48,769 nt of DNA, filler included, from Sphacelaria rigidula (GCA_964200075.2; 3 parts of 3 records of this genome joined end to end with filler, not necessarily neighbours in it), one strand, 5' to 3'. Numbered from the whole stretch's first letter, positions 24,327 to 36,623 are shown. Notes: generated from the letters alone by a model not told the origin. Made by a program: numbers and translations.

Positions 24327-26024
24327 TGAACAGTCTTGCCAGACAGCTCGCAACCTGCGTCCACAGCCTTGTTTATTCCCTCGTTTCCTTGATTTTGGTT
24401 TTGCTGATTTTGCACGGCCTCCTCACCTGAAGCCATGCAGAAACAGCGGGCATTCTCCTTCTCGTTTCAATGTTTTTAGCAGGACCAGTACTTTCTTAGA
24501 TGTATCACGGGATCATGTCTGTTCTCCTATCCTTTCCGTTCCTTCCTGTTATTTCTTCGTCTTCGTGTGTGGGCGTTTTTCTCCTGTTTGTCGTTGAGTT
24601 TACTCCGTGCGGGTATGTCCAACGATCAGTCAATATTTGTTATCTTTGGGCATACTTAACGGAAACGGACACATATTCCTGTCCTGTCCTGTCTGTCGTT
24701 GACTTTTCTTGCTGGCAAATTTAGCGATTTCTCGATCTCATACTTGACCTCCCTTTCCCGCTTCCACTTCCCTATCTTGGGGTCGTATTCGTGTTGGTGT
24801 CTCTCTCCCGCGGAGTTTGCGGGTGAGAAGTTGTACCCGCGAAATGTGGAGTCTACATAAAGGAGGTGTGACCTGATTGAACACATTTTTTTTCCGTACG
24901 ACGCGCTCACCCGGCCATGTAGCAGGGGACTGATCGTTTTTTTTCGGGATCCCAACCTGCCGTTTGGTCTTTTCCTCCTCTTTCCTTCCTTCCTCCCTCC
25001 ATTATACTCCGGAAGGTTTGTCCTTTCTCACCTCGTTTCCTTTTACTCGAAAGTAGAATGACGTTCCCGTTTTTACATGGTAAACAGTCTATCCTATTGC
25101 CCTATTGCCCCGACTGTGTTGATGGCTTCTTCAGGTCTGACAACCACTTGATAGAATCAGTTGGTCATATGTGGGAAGCTTTATTACTAGCAGTAATTGG
25201 TTGTTGGGTACTGGGTATGTCCACCACGCCCCCCCCCCCCCCGCCCGCCCCACGAGTAGTGCATTATTGGTTTGTCCGCTGCTGCTGTATTTGTCCTTTG
25301 TTCTCAATCAAAACGTGTTTATGTAGGGTAATGATGTAGATATTGCTTCTTGTGATCGTCGCTACGTGCCAGTGGTGTAAGTGGTGCCTCGTGCTCCAGT
25401 CTAGGCGGAGGAGAGAAGGTAGGTACTACGTCCGAATCCTGACAGCAATCGATAATTCATTTGACTGGTCTTCTCTTCGACGCTTGTAGATGTGAGTTAT
25501 GGGACAACGAGCGAGGCGAGGGCCTAAAAAGCGCTGATCCACTGCTCGACACAATCAATCTGGAAGATACGTACTGTACGGGGGAATAGACCGGTCGATT
25601 CCCTGAGACAAAGCATTCCTGACGATGAATAGGGAGGAGAGGGTCGAGGGTCGGCAGTAAACCGAGAAACGACAGACGGTTAAATTGCCACGCAGGAAAT
25701 TTTGATGCATAGATTAATCGTTTTGGCCGTTGAGTAAAATGTGAATCTGCGATCTTTTGTTTTGAGAAAATCAATGATACAAGCCATGAACAAGTCGTGA
25801 GGTACAACCAGCCGAATCGAAAATTAAGTAGAGCGCAGACATGAAATAAGACGTATTGGGTGCAGCTTGGACGTTCCGGATGACGTTTTTACAACGAATA
25901 TGAACATTTTCATATTTTCGTTCAATGACGAGACTTCAGATCGCGGCGTTCGATGTTCGTTGCTTGTTTGTCGCTTTGGTATCTGATTATTTTGATTTCT
26001 CGATATATATGGCACGAAGAAATT

Positions 26025-26053
26025 GGTTAGGATTAGGGTTAGGGTTAGGGTTA
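26025..26053 (+). repeat. Interstitial telomere-like (TTAGGG)n tract
   Basis: ggttaggattagggttagggttagggtta. Confidence 0.85.
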
Positions 26054-26151
26054 TGAACTAAACATAATTAATGTCCAAGTATTTTCCAAGTTATATACAT
26101 ATCTAGATACAGCATATAACATTCTAAATGTATTTATCCGATCTATATTTC

Positions 26152-26223
26152 AGCGAGCGACGCGATTCCAACGCGCGACTTTAACCTTGGCAAGGTTAAG
26201 CTCCACCACTGAGCTACACTCGC
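26152..26223 (-). tRNA. trnG: tRNA-Gly(GCC) pseudogene, bacterial/plastid type (probable NUPT)
   Basis: GCGAGTGTAGCTCAGTGGTGGAGCTTAACCTTGCCAAGGTTAAAGTCGCGCGTTGGAATCGCGTCGCTCGCT folds as a cloverleaf with anticodon GCC. The T-loop reads TTGGAAT instead of TTCGAAT. Flanks are AT-rich. Confidence 0.85.
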
Positions 26224-26507
26224 CACGCGCCTGTATACCTACATGAAGTATGTAGCATATTTGGTACAAATTTATTGTTTAATTGTTTTTAATTTTTGGT
26301 TAATATTAGCTTTTGATGTGCGTCCTACATTTAGCGGGCGTGTTTATGGAAGCTGGAAAGCAATACGTAGCAACAGGGGCAGTGCCATGATCAATCTATC
26401 TTCGACTCCTCAAGTAATGTTGCTGCGTCGCCCTGGTGGTTCATGTTGTACGTGTAGGTCGGGAGGGTCAGGGCGGAAGGGAAAGGGTTGATATCCAGAT
26501 TGTAATC

Positions 26508-26870
26508 TGACACATGCTTTTACTTCCCGAGGAGTATGTGATACCTGTCGCTGAAACTGTGCTCTTGTGAGTAGCGGGAAATTGCTGACGGAAGATGACG
26601 CTGTGCGGGGGAGTGTTGATCCAACCCGCGATACGAATGTACCGGCCATGTAGAAGGAGAGATGGGTTGGGCATGATGCAGGCTGTACTGTGACACATGT
26701 TTTTACTTTCCAAGGAGTATGTAATACCTATCATTGAAACCGCGCGCTTGTGAGTAGCGGAAAACCGCTGACGAAAGGTGACGCGGTGCGGTCGGTGCTG
26801 AGTGTCGATCCAATCCGCGATACGAATGTACCGGCCGTGTACGAGAGATGGGTTGGGCATGATGCAGACT
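26508..26870. repeat. Two-copy tandem duplication, ~183-bp unit
   Basis: tgacacatg..aggagtatgt..ccgcgatacgaatgtaccggcc..gagagatgggttgggcatgatgcag at 26508 and 26691. Confidence 0.88.
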
Positions 26871-27560
26871 CGTCTGGAGGAAGGGGGACGCTTGTAAGTA
26901 TAAAGGGCGGAACAGAACATGGCAGTGCATCAACGCTTTCTCGTATTTCCGTCCACGGACGTTTTTGTCATGCCATATGCTCACAAAAAATCGGGCGGGA
27001 CGTTTACGGCCACTCTTTCATCAATCCAGCGGATGGCATGAGACAGGCACCCTATCTCTGCTACAACGCACCGCGCATTCACAACGGCACACCACACAAT
27101 GAGGCGACATGACATGCACTTACGTGGCTCAAACCCGCCAGCAACGACATCTTCCCCGACGATGCTGCTGTGCACTTGCTGTGCCTTGGGTGTATACCGT
27201 CTACTGTTGTCGGGCTAGACACGTGTCGCACCTTGTGTATGTCGACTCGGTGTCTCTCAACTAGGACATGTCCCTGCTGCATGTGGTGCGTGTCAATAGT
27301 GATATTGCGACTGATCTCAGTCGCATTTCTACGTGAGCATTACAGCATTTGTATCCACGGTTGGTCGCCCCCCGTGTCGCTCCTGGATGTGGCTATACCG
27401 AGATCCGCTTCTCACGGCTTTTTGGGGATGGCGTGTTCGGCACTTTATCGACACGTGGTCTGTTTTATATTCGCACTTCAGTGGCCATGGCACTGTTCGT
27501 TGGTGACCGTACGTGATGTGGTTGTGTTCTGTCCTTGTTGTGATCCCCCCCCCTGGCCAG

Positions 27561-27632
27561 GCGAAATCCCGCGGGAGTTGGCACGCCTCGGTCGTCTTCG
27601 GAAGCTGTACCTGAACAACAACAAACTAACTG
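27561..27632 (+). CDS. LRR protein exon: single 24-aa LRR
   Basis: ctggccag|72 bp|gtgagt, encoding GEIPRELARLGRLRKLYLNNNKLT(G). Confidence 0.93.
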
Positions 27633-28149
27633 GTGAGTCAAAAGTCGAGTAAGTGCCGCGACGGAGGCCGTGTTGCTTTGCAGGTTTGTTGTGTATGTGG
27701 CCGGTGTTGGAAGCAAGTCTTTCGACGACCGTCACGTGTCGGTTTGATATTTGACTTTCCCGTCGTCCGTCGTACGCACGATACAAGCACAGACAGCTGT
27801 GGAAATATGAGATACAGTGCATGGTTCAGGTATTGTGCCGTAGGTGGTACGTGTGTTGGATCACACGGGCTACGGTGGCGAAGTTCAACGTCCTTCCGTC
27901 TGCAGGTACCACATTTGTGGCCCATATTGCAAACGTTGTGTACCAAGACGCTCTGTTGTAATCCAAACACAGTTCGTCATGATTCAACGGAAGAAACTTG
28001 GGACATCTTCCCATGCGGTTGGTCGAAACATCCTACTGTACCTGTCGGAAAGATGAGGATGTGGTCGTGTCGAACGAGTTTTCCTGCAGTAAGTTCCGTG
28101 GGATGGTATCATCTTACACCACTGTAAATTTGTGTCGTCCTGTACGAGC

Positions 28150-28495
28150 CGGCCCCCCCGGTTGTTCAGTTGATGATCTCGACACTAGTGGGCCATGGGT
28201 TCAAATCTCGGAGCGATCGGGGATTTGTTTCTCACGCAATGCCTAACAGTGGAGAGCGACCATGTCGTGTCGGTACACAAACTTCGACGTAATGGTCGAC
28301 GAGAGGAAGGGACTGCAACCCCCCCCTCGCAATAAAGAATAAAAGGCAAGCACCGCAGAAGGAAGGTGAAACACTAGAACCAAGAGAAAACAAGAAGCTT
28401 CTGTGTTGGCCTTCCTCCTCTGTGACCCCGGCTGGTTCGCCCACATATATTAAAAAAGTGTAGACCGGCGTCCAGAATAGATGAAACGACAAAAC
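28150..28495 (+). mobile_element. tRNA-derived SINE copy
   Basis: B-box GGTTCAAATC at 28198-28207; the body is homologous to the reverse complement of 31660-31965. Confidence 0.75.
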
Positions 28496-29739
28496 ACACT
28501 GTGAAGCAGCCCCCGCAGTGTGTTCACTTGCTCTGTGTGTTGTGAGTTTTGTTCGAGGTTATGCCTTTCAATGTAATATGCGAGCATGTAGAGAGCATGC
28601 GCGAGTGCACAAACGAGTTGGTGCAGAGAAGGCGCATTCCTGTGATTCGCGCCCACTTTGGAAGAAGTTGGCCGTGTCTTGTAATGGATTTCAGGCCGTT
28701 GGTTTTGACGTACGTGGTGTACATTTATCGAACACTGCTCTGTGAGTGGTTTTGTTCACCAACCGAAGTGTCATCCCCTTGTGCGGTGTTGTCTAAAGCT
28801 TTTGCAGGCGTCCGGTGGTCCGCAGCAAAGCTGCAGGGGTAGATGGTTCAGAGTACGTTGTTGGTTTTTCCATCTCCGTTTGTTTATATTCGCTAGCGTC
28901 CCATCGTCTCGAAAACAAAATTGGAGTTCCTGACGGCGGTACTTTACTGACACATGAATACACATAATAAATGAAGTTAGAATTCCTGACGGCGTTGCTG
29001 ATACGTACGTACCCGAGTAGGCAGTACAGCGTCCGCTCTGACGGATTGATGCTATGTACACACTACAAGGCTATCGCTCTACAGGACTGCAAGAACAATC
29101 ACTGTCAGGTCGGAATGAGTGCCAAGGTCGGAATCAAGATGACGTACCGTATCGCCCTGTCCGTCGTCTTGGGCCATATTCTCCCCTACGGTAATATCTC
29201 GCCGCCCATGCTAGTTCGTCATACCTCATCGCTTTCCCCTTTCATCACCATTCCAAGGGTGGGTGTTTATCTCGTTATCTGTACATACCCGTAGCCCGCG
29301 AAGCGGTAAGTTCTTGACTCGACACGGTTTTTTGTTTTGAATTCGCTACACCCTTGTGTTGATCGGCAAAATCGTGGAAATCGGCGAATCAGCACTGATT
29401 TCACCCGATGTGCACTACCGCTGTACGTTACCGCTAATCGACGAATTTGTCATCCGATGTAAAATGGGACTGTGAAAAAAATATTTACTCCCCGCTTGAG
29501 CTCATCGGCGACTTTTATTTTTTTTCCGTTCGTGCTCATCGATGAATCTGTCATGTTTTGATCCGACTAGGGCTGCACCTGTACGTTGGCTATGATCGGC
29601 GAATTTGTAAAAGTAATTAATTGGTGCGTTACGACGCGACATACACAGTCGTGCGTGGTGATCGATTTTTTTCTTTTCCTCGCGCCATTTGTTTCGTTGT
29701 TGTCCTCAACGATGATTTGGGAAGTTTTGACTCTTTCAT

Positions 29740-30170
29740 GGTGCAGATTGTGATTCGTTGAATTTCACTGACGATCCGACGTGAACAGCCGGTATAAAAT
29801 CATGCTCATTGGCTGATTTATCGAATTTTACTCCCCGCTCGTGGTCGTCGGCGAATAGGTAAATTATCCCCATGTTTTGGTGCAGATTTCGATACGTTGC
29901 ATTTGTCGGTTGAGCCGACGTGTATAGCCGCTCTACAATCGTGCTGACGGTCAATTTTTTCAAACTTTACTCTCCGCTCCTGGTCATTGCGGATTTGTAA
30001 ATCGGCCCTATTTTTTGGTGCAGATTGCGATACGTCACATTTTTCGGACGAGCCGACGTGTACGGCCGCTACACGATCGTACTTCTCGGCTATTTGTTTC
30101 GATTTTTACACCCCGCTCGTCCTCGTCAGCGAACTGGTGAATTCTCCCTCCGACGGACGAACCGATTTGT
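29740..30170. repeat. Degenerate ~139-bp tandem repeat (3 units, more diverged copies upstream to ~29350)
   Basis: ggtgcagatt..gat at 29740, 29879 and 30017; tttac(t/a)c.ccgctc at ~29827, 29966 and 30106. Confidence 0.75.
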
Positions 30171-30962
30171 CAAACTGTCTCGCCAGCACGCAACCCGTGC
30201 CCCATAACTATTTCCAGCGCCCTTCAACACAGGCTCAGTTGTGCTACACATGTATATGTCGCCCTCACTCATTTCCATCAACGTTCCGAGTTGAGTGTAG
30301 TGGCTGAGAACGGTTTTCCTACCGAGGGGAACTTCAAGGCACAGTTTTCATGGCTACCTCCCGCAAGGGGTCGACGGGGTAATACTTCCGTTTTCCTGGG
30401 TGCTGCCATCCTGCGATGCCGAGGACGTCGGATACGATCTAGCTTGCAGCTTGCACTGATTGATGGGGCTCTTGGGACCTGAGGCGACCTCCTCGGCCTC
30501 CTCAGCACGGCAGGCTGGCAGCACCCAGGGAGACGGACGTATGTCACTGTCGACCCCTTGTGGGAGGTACCTATAAATCCCTGACCCTGTGTGAGTTCCC
30601 CTTTGACGGGAAACCTCCTCTTACCGACTGACTGCACAAGCCGCTTGATCGGGGACGATAATGGATAATACTCGGGTTGTCAACAAAATATACCTGCGCT
30701 CCTCTTTTGCGAAGGACCGCCGGTCTGTTCATTCTTTTTTTTTCTCGAAACACTTGCGCCTGCCGCTGTTCCGATTTCGCGGAAATTATCTTTTATTACT
30801 CAATTACTTTTTGAACCATTTTCTTTCCCCATCGTCCAAAAAACAAACTATTAATCCCACATACCACAGCAATCATATATCCTATCCCATCTCAAACCTT
30901 TACATACTGATTGGGCGAGAAACGAAAAAGCCTACGAAAAGATATTGCATGCTGAAAGAAGG

Positions 30963-31284
30963 TTCAAGCCCAAAATAGTGCTTCTCCACACTCTCAGTGA
31001 TGGTGCGCGATGACTTTTTTGTCGGCTAAATGCCCCTCGATTGCGTAAAAACTTTCTCAGCGCATTTTACCGACTATATGAACTTACAGCACTGACCTGA
31101 ACAGTCAATTCTCCTTATATCACACCCGAAATCAGGAGAAATGACGGTTTCGGTCAGTGCTGTAAGCTCACATAGTCGGTAAAAGGCGCCGAGAAAGTAT
31201 GTACGCAATCGAGGGGCATTTGGCCGACCAAATAGTCATCGCGCACCGTCGCTGAACGTGTGGAGGAGCACTATTGGGCTTGAA
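30963..31284. mobile_element. Foldback/palindromic MITE (~150-bp arms, ~18-nt loop)
   Basis: ttcaagcccaaaatagtgc..aattctcct pairs with aggagaaat..gcactattgggcttgaa. Confidence 0.85.
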
Positions 31285-31342
31285 TTGAATCTTATTTCAG
31301 CATACGATCTTATTTCATAGACTTGTCTGCTGATACTTCCGA

Positions 31343-31376
31343 CCCTGACCCTGACCCTGACCCTGACCCTAACCCT
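31343..31376 (-). repeat. Variant telomere-like tract (CCCTGA)4 CCCTAA CCCT
   Basis: Read directly from the sequence. Confidence 0.8.
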
Positions 31377-31659
31377 TGGATATAATTGCAAGTTTCGCTC
31401 AAACAGTAGACCTGGAGACATATCCACACTCAATGGTTTGTACTCGATTCACTTGATATCAAAATGTAGAAAGTTGTGAGAAAATGTATGGTTTGGGGTA
31501 GGTGATATATTGAGGTGAGGAGTCTGGCTGTATTATTTCCTGGACCATACACATACAAAAATCTTGTCACGTGCACGTGTTTTCCTTCGCAACAGTGTGG
31601 CTTTGTGCAAGACCTTTTCCACCGAAGCCATGTGTCGGAGGCCGGCCATATATACATAT

Positions 31660-32010
31660 TAGCGTTGTGTCATCCCGCCTATTCTAGACGCCGATGTACA
31701 CCTTTCGGTATATGTGGGCGACGTGGGCGCGTCAGCCGGAGTCACACAGGGGAGAAGGCCAACACGGAAGTTTTTTCTTCTTTTCTGTTGGTACCTCACT
31801 TTCTACAGTGCTTGCCTTGTTTTTTATGGCGAGAGAGGTTCGGCATACCCTCCTTTTGTCGACGGCCAAGTCGAATGTTGTGTACCCACGACTTGGTCGC
31901 CCTTCACTGTTGGGCATCGTGTGAAACAAAATCCCAGATGGTGTGACTGCACCGAGATTTGAACCCATCACCCAACCGTCAGAAGGTTTCGAGGTTTACC
32001 AATTGAGCCA
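31660..32010 (-). mobile_element. tRNA-derived SINE copy
   Basis: A-box TGGCTCAATTGG (31999-32010) and B-box GGTTCAAATC (31956-31965) on the minus strand. Confidence 0.8.
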
Positions 32011-32039
32011 TATATATCTATATTTATATTTACGTACGT

Positions 32040-32190
32040 ATATAATTCTTCTGTTTTCTGTTGTCTACTCTGTTCTGTTCTACCTCTTGTGTTTCTCTTA
32101 TTTTGTTGGATGAGTATTTCAGTTTCGTTTCGTCTGGGGTACGTCTATCATGTCACATGTCACCACGGCTGAATCCCTGGGGGGTCAGTT
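32040..32190 (-). mobile_element. LINE 3' end fragment
   Basis: Shares tttcagtttcg..gggtacg.ctatcatg..ccacggctg with the LINE end at ~10474-10520. Confidence 0.6.
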
Positions 32191-32483
32191 TTAAGGCGAC
32201 AATGTAGCAAAGAAACCGAGATGAACTCAAGGAGTGTAGCAGCATCGGTACTAAACCCATTGCAAGTTGTGTAGTATCCGACCCTCCCTCCCCAACATCG
32301 GAATTCACGTTCGTCATCTGTTGTTGTGTTTTATTTCAGTGTTTCGACACCAAAGTCAGGTACCTGACCTGAGCTCTAGAACTAGATTCGCCGAGCTGAA
32401 AACGAAACTAAAATAGTTGGTGACACATCCCGAGCTGGATAGAGTAAGTAGAGTGGTTGGTGTGGATCCCCCCCCCCCCCCCC

Positions 32484-32583
32484 NNNNNNNNNNNNNNNNN
32501 NNNNNNNNNNNNNNNNNNNNNNNNNNNTTAATTAATTAANNNNNNNNNNNNNNNNNNNNNNNNNNNNNNNNNNNNNNNNNNNN
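32484..32583. other. Assembly gap spacer
   Basis: 100-nt run of Ns with TTAATTAATTAA in the middle. Confidence 0.99.
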
Positions 32584-32974
32584 CCTCGTTGTAACTTATC
32601 AATCACCAAAGTATAAATCATCGCGTCGCATTACCCGTGACCCTCCTATAAACGAGGTCGGTCACATGCGGCAGGACTCGCAAAAAAAAGTAGGCCAGGT
32701 GTTTCAGACCCGAGGATCAGGAACGTTGGAACACTCGTGGCGAAATTGCCGACACAGACGCAGAAACCAAAACCAAAATAACTATAAAACCAGGGACACG
32801 CTGGGCAACAGCGAAAACGAAAATCCGCAACATGAGGCAGAAAAACAACACGTGGCAACCGTCCTTGAAAATGGGAGCAGTTATCGTGTGTATGAAGCAA
32901 GCAGGGTCAAAGGTTTCAGCCAAGGTCAAAACATTTCAGGCAAACCCATGTCAATATAGAACTCAACGTGGCAC

Positions 32975-33310
32975 GCACACAAAAAGGGAACACGTCATTG
33001 CCGATCCTGCAGTGGAGAGCGGTATGCGTGTACGGAGCGGTTGGGCAAGAGCGCAATTTTTCCAGACGGGGAGGTCAGGTATATGCAGCGCTCGCTTCTA
33101 AAAATCTCAACCGAACAGACAAAAATAAAAATAAAACACCGACAACATATGACGCAAAAAGAAGGCACGTCATTACCGATCCTGAAGGGGGAGGCGGCAT
33201 TCGTGTGTGGAGGGATTGAACAAGAGCGCAAATATTCCAGACGTGGGCGTCAGGTATGGCTAGCGCTTGCTCCGGAAGCTCTTCCATCAAAACAAACAAA
33301 TCAAAATGAA
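32975..33310. repeat. ~177-bp tandem duplication in the A-rich region downstream of element C pol
   Basis: cacgtcatt(g/a)ccgatcctg..caagagcgcaa..ttccagacg..gtcaggtat at ~32991 and ~33167. Confidence 0.8.
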
Positions 33311-33915
33311 GACCATGTAATAACAAAGCAAGATAAGATCTGCGTACAATGAAAAAATGAAGAAATAAATAACTCGTGGCAACTGTTCCAGTAGCGGAAT
33401 GGCTGTGAATGTACGGCGCGAAGGACGGAGGTTCAAGGTTCCAGACTGTTCAAGGTTCCAGACTCGGGATTAGGAATGGAACGGTCGTCACTTGTACTTC
33501 GCCAGATGAACCCAGGATTAACCAAGAAAATTACCCATTGAATAAAAAAAAACGAAAACATATCACGAGGCAAAAAGAGAAAAAAAGAAGAGAAGAAGAA
33601 CAAAGAAGAACAAGGACAAGAACAAATCGAAACAATTGGCGCAAAGGCAACGAAAACCGAAACACAAAATCAGGATCCAAAGCAACAAAAACAAAACACA
33701 AGACAAAAAATACAAGATACAAAAACGAAAGACCACATACCAATTACAAAACACAACATCAACCACCACAAGCACGGGGCTAATTAGTACGAAAAAAAAA
33801 TGAAGGGAGGGAGGGGGGGGACACATGGTTTTCCAACGACGCTACGGTGCAAGACAAGCGACTCGAACGCGGTACACTACGCAAGGTGAACGGGGAAGCG
33901 GACTCGGATGCGGCA

Positions 33916-35850
33916 TCATGAGTCAACTACTTCCCAAGCGGTGCCCGTGTTCCGTAGAACGGCTGTTTCGAGTTCGCCTTGGTCGTGTCGTTGGAGGCGC
34001 CAGGATCCCCTCCAAGCGGTCGGCTCCTCGGTGTAGTACGCATCATCCAAGCGAATCTTAAGGGGGCTCGGGTCATCAAGGAAACGGATAAAGTAGGAGT
34101 GGTCAGATGCAGGATCGACCGAATGAATTTTACCCAACCACCACAGTGAATCCAAGGCCTTACACCAAAAATACGCTCCTTTCGGCAATCGCTTTCCGTG
34201 AAAACACTGCATGTATTGTGAACGCGAAAGGAGGCTATAGCCTGTCACAACAAACCGCGCTGAGTGTTCACGTGCCAGTTCCCGAGCGGCAGCTCCCTTG
34301 CGCATCGACCTATATCTCTTATTCAACAAGCAGTGTTGAATGGTATCTCCTACCCAGTACAGTAACATTTCCCGACGAATATGACGCAAATCAACTTCAC
34401 GCTCCCATGTAACACGCATGATACCCTTCCAATGTGTCTGATACATTACCGCTATCTTACCTCCACGACCGCGAACCAGTTGATGACCCGAAATCCTATT
34501 TACCTCAACGCGTTCTAGGGGTGCATCCGCATCCTCGACTGTCATATGATACGGCGGAGTTTTGATCGCATACTTGGTCAACACATACTGGCTAAGCCCT
34601 ACCGGCAGTTGTTTCGGCATGTCAGAAGAGTCATGAGGGGAGATACACGGTTTGCATCGTAGCATCGAGACGCGATTTTTCGGTTTCAACCCAGGTTCAT
34701 CCGTGGGAAAATCTAAATACAAAAGTTTCGTTCCCACCGGACTCTTGTCGGGTGCGGTAGCGCTTGGACCAACAGCTAAAATTTCCCAAGGACCAGTCCA
34801 ATTCAAGGATAGTTTTGCCTTCAACACTTTATCCAAAGATGATGATTTTGAGCTAGCCCCTTGATTGATGGTCTTCGCAGCGTCATACATCCATGCCCAT
34901 TGGCCTACCTTCCACACCGGGCGGTTATGCACCATATCATCCGACAACGAGTTCGCCCTGGCCACCTTGGCCAAATTGATTTGGTTCTGTTCTCGTACCA
35001 CTTCATATGCAAGACGAAGACGATTGCTAACCGACAAATGAACTCTGCAATATCACGATCCAGACTCTGATGTCCACCTGGATTTTTGCGTTCGAATACC
35101 GTTAAAGGTAACCTAGGCATGCGTCCAATATGAATTTCATTCGGCGACAATCCCGTAGCGGCATTAACTGAATTGTTGTAGATCATCTGGACAAGGGACA
35201 GGTGCAGATCCCAGTCCATCTGTCTCTCATTTGGTACAGCAGCAGGCATCTGTGGCATCGTGTGGTTCACTCGTTCCGTTCCACCATTGTTGGAAGGGTG
35301 ATATGAACTAGTAAAAATGCGATGGGCACCCCAAAGGTCACTGACGGCGGCTGAAAGTTTGCCTGAAAAATGCGGGCCGTTGTCCGATAGTAAGCGTTTG
35401 GACACACCCCACAGTGGGATGTACATGTAGAAAAGGATGTTGGCGGTATCTTACGCGGTATAACTATTGGGGGGAACGGCGTGCATCACCGCATGTCGGC
35501 TAAATCTATCCGTAAACAACAAAATATACTTATTTCCACTATCCGTCAGGGGCAAAGGACCAAAAAAGTCTCACGAAACTACTTCACCTAGCCCGTTTGG
35601 GAGTGGCATGGAAACAATCGGCCAACGAACTGTTTGGCGTGAACGTTTTCGCGCCTGACACAAAAGACAACGCCTCACCCACCAACGACAACACTGATCC
35701 ATACAAATCCACCAATAAAAACCTTCCAACATCTAGGAGGTCCTAATGGGGCCTAAATGAGCGATACCTGTGAATGGCATTCGTGTAGAACCCATGGGCG
35801 CAGGAGCATCGGAACATAGACGCGAATGGGTTCATCACCTAGCAAGCGGG
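33916..35850 (-). pseudogene. Element C integrase with GPY/F-like motif, chromodomain and an extra C-terminal domain
   Basis: Core LLSDNGPHF and NGGTERVN; WTGPW; chromodomain-like VNRISGHQ..MYQTHWKG..TWERE at ~34388-34510; GAYFWCK..WWLGKI..YFIRFLDD at ~34072-34179. Confidence 0.9.
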
Positions 35851-36623
35851 CATGTTGATTTGTAGGCTCCCCCCTGGGGAAGGCTGCTGTGGGCCGGCGA
35901 ACTAACAGAACTACTCCATCATCATCCGTATGTAGCATACCTTTCCTTAAAAGCTTAGTAACTTCATCCTGGGTGGGCGCTTTGAGATTCCCGACTGGCA
36001 AAAGGATGTCGGTTTCTGAGAATGGACATGGACAACCTTTAGATAGATAATGGATAGCTGATTTACAAGCAGGTTCTGCCTGTTGTTCCCGGGTCCAATC
36101 CTTGTGGGAGAAGAGAGTCAAACGTTTCTTGAATACACCATCTGTTGAAGCGTTTACTTCGTGTGGGGTCGGTTCGGGGCGGGGTTGGCACGAAGCGGTG
36201 ATATCGGAATCAAGGGTGAGCCTACCAGTTGGTGTACTCTCAGACGGAACGTTAACATCTACTCCTGCGTCGATTAGCGTGGAGGGTGTTGTGGTGATGT
36301 TTGCAATATCATCACCAATGGAGGGGGGCACAGCCGTGGTTTCGGTTTTGGGTGGCAGGGGCGGCACGGTCGGGGTCGAGTTTTTGGGGGCCTTGCGTCG
36401 CGGAGGCTGCGGAGGCGCAAGGAAACTATCGGGGACCGGGGTGGGGGCAGGGAGGGGAAGGTCAGGACCAGATACGGCTAATTTGGTGGCCGTTTTGGCG
36501 GTTCGCCGTCCACGAGTCCTACTCGAAATCAAATCTCGAACTTGAACTGGTAAGACGGAGTCAGGAAAGGACGGTTCTACACCTGCTGCGAAAATCATGC
36601 GCTGGCCAGTTGCACGAAAATGA

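Noticed and set aside
31940-32010. tRNA gene
   Set aside because: Only A and B boxes, attached to a SINE body; no cloverleaf.
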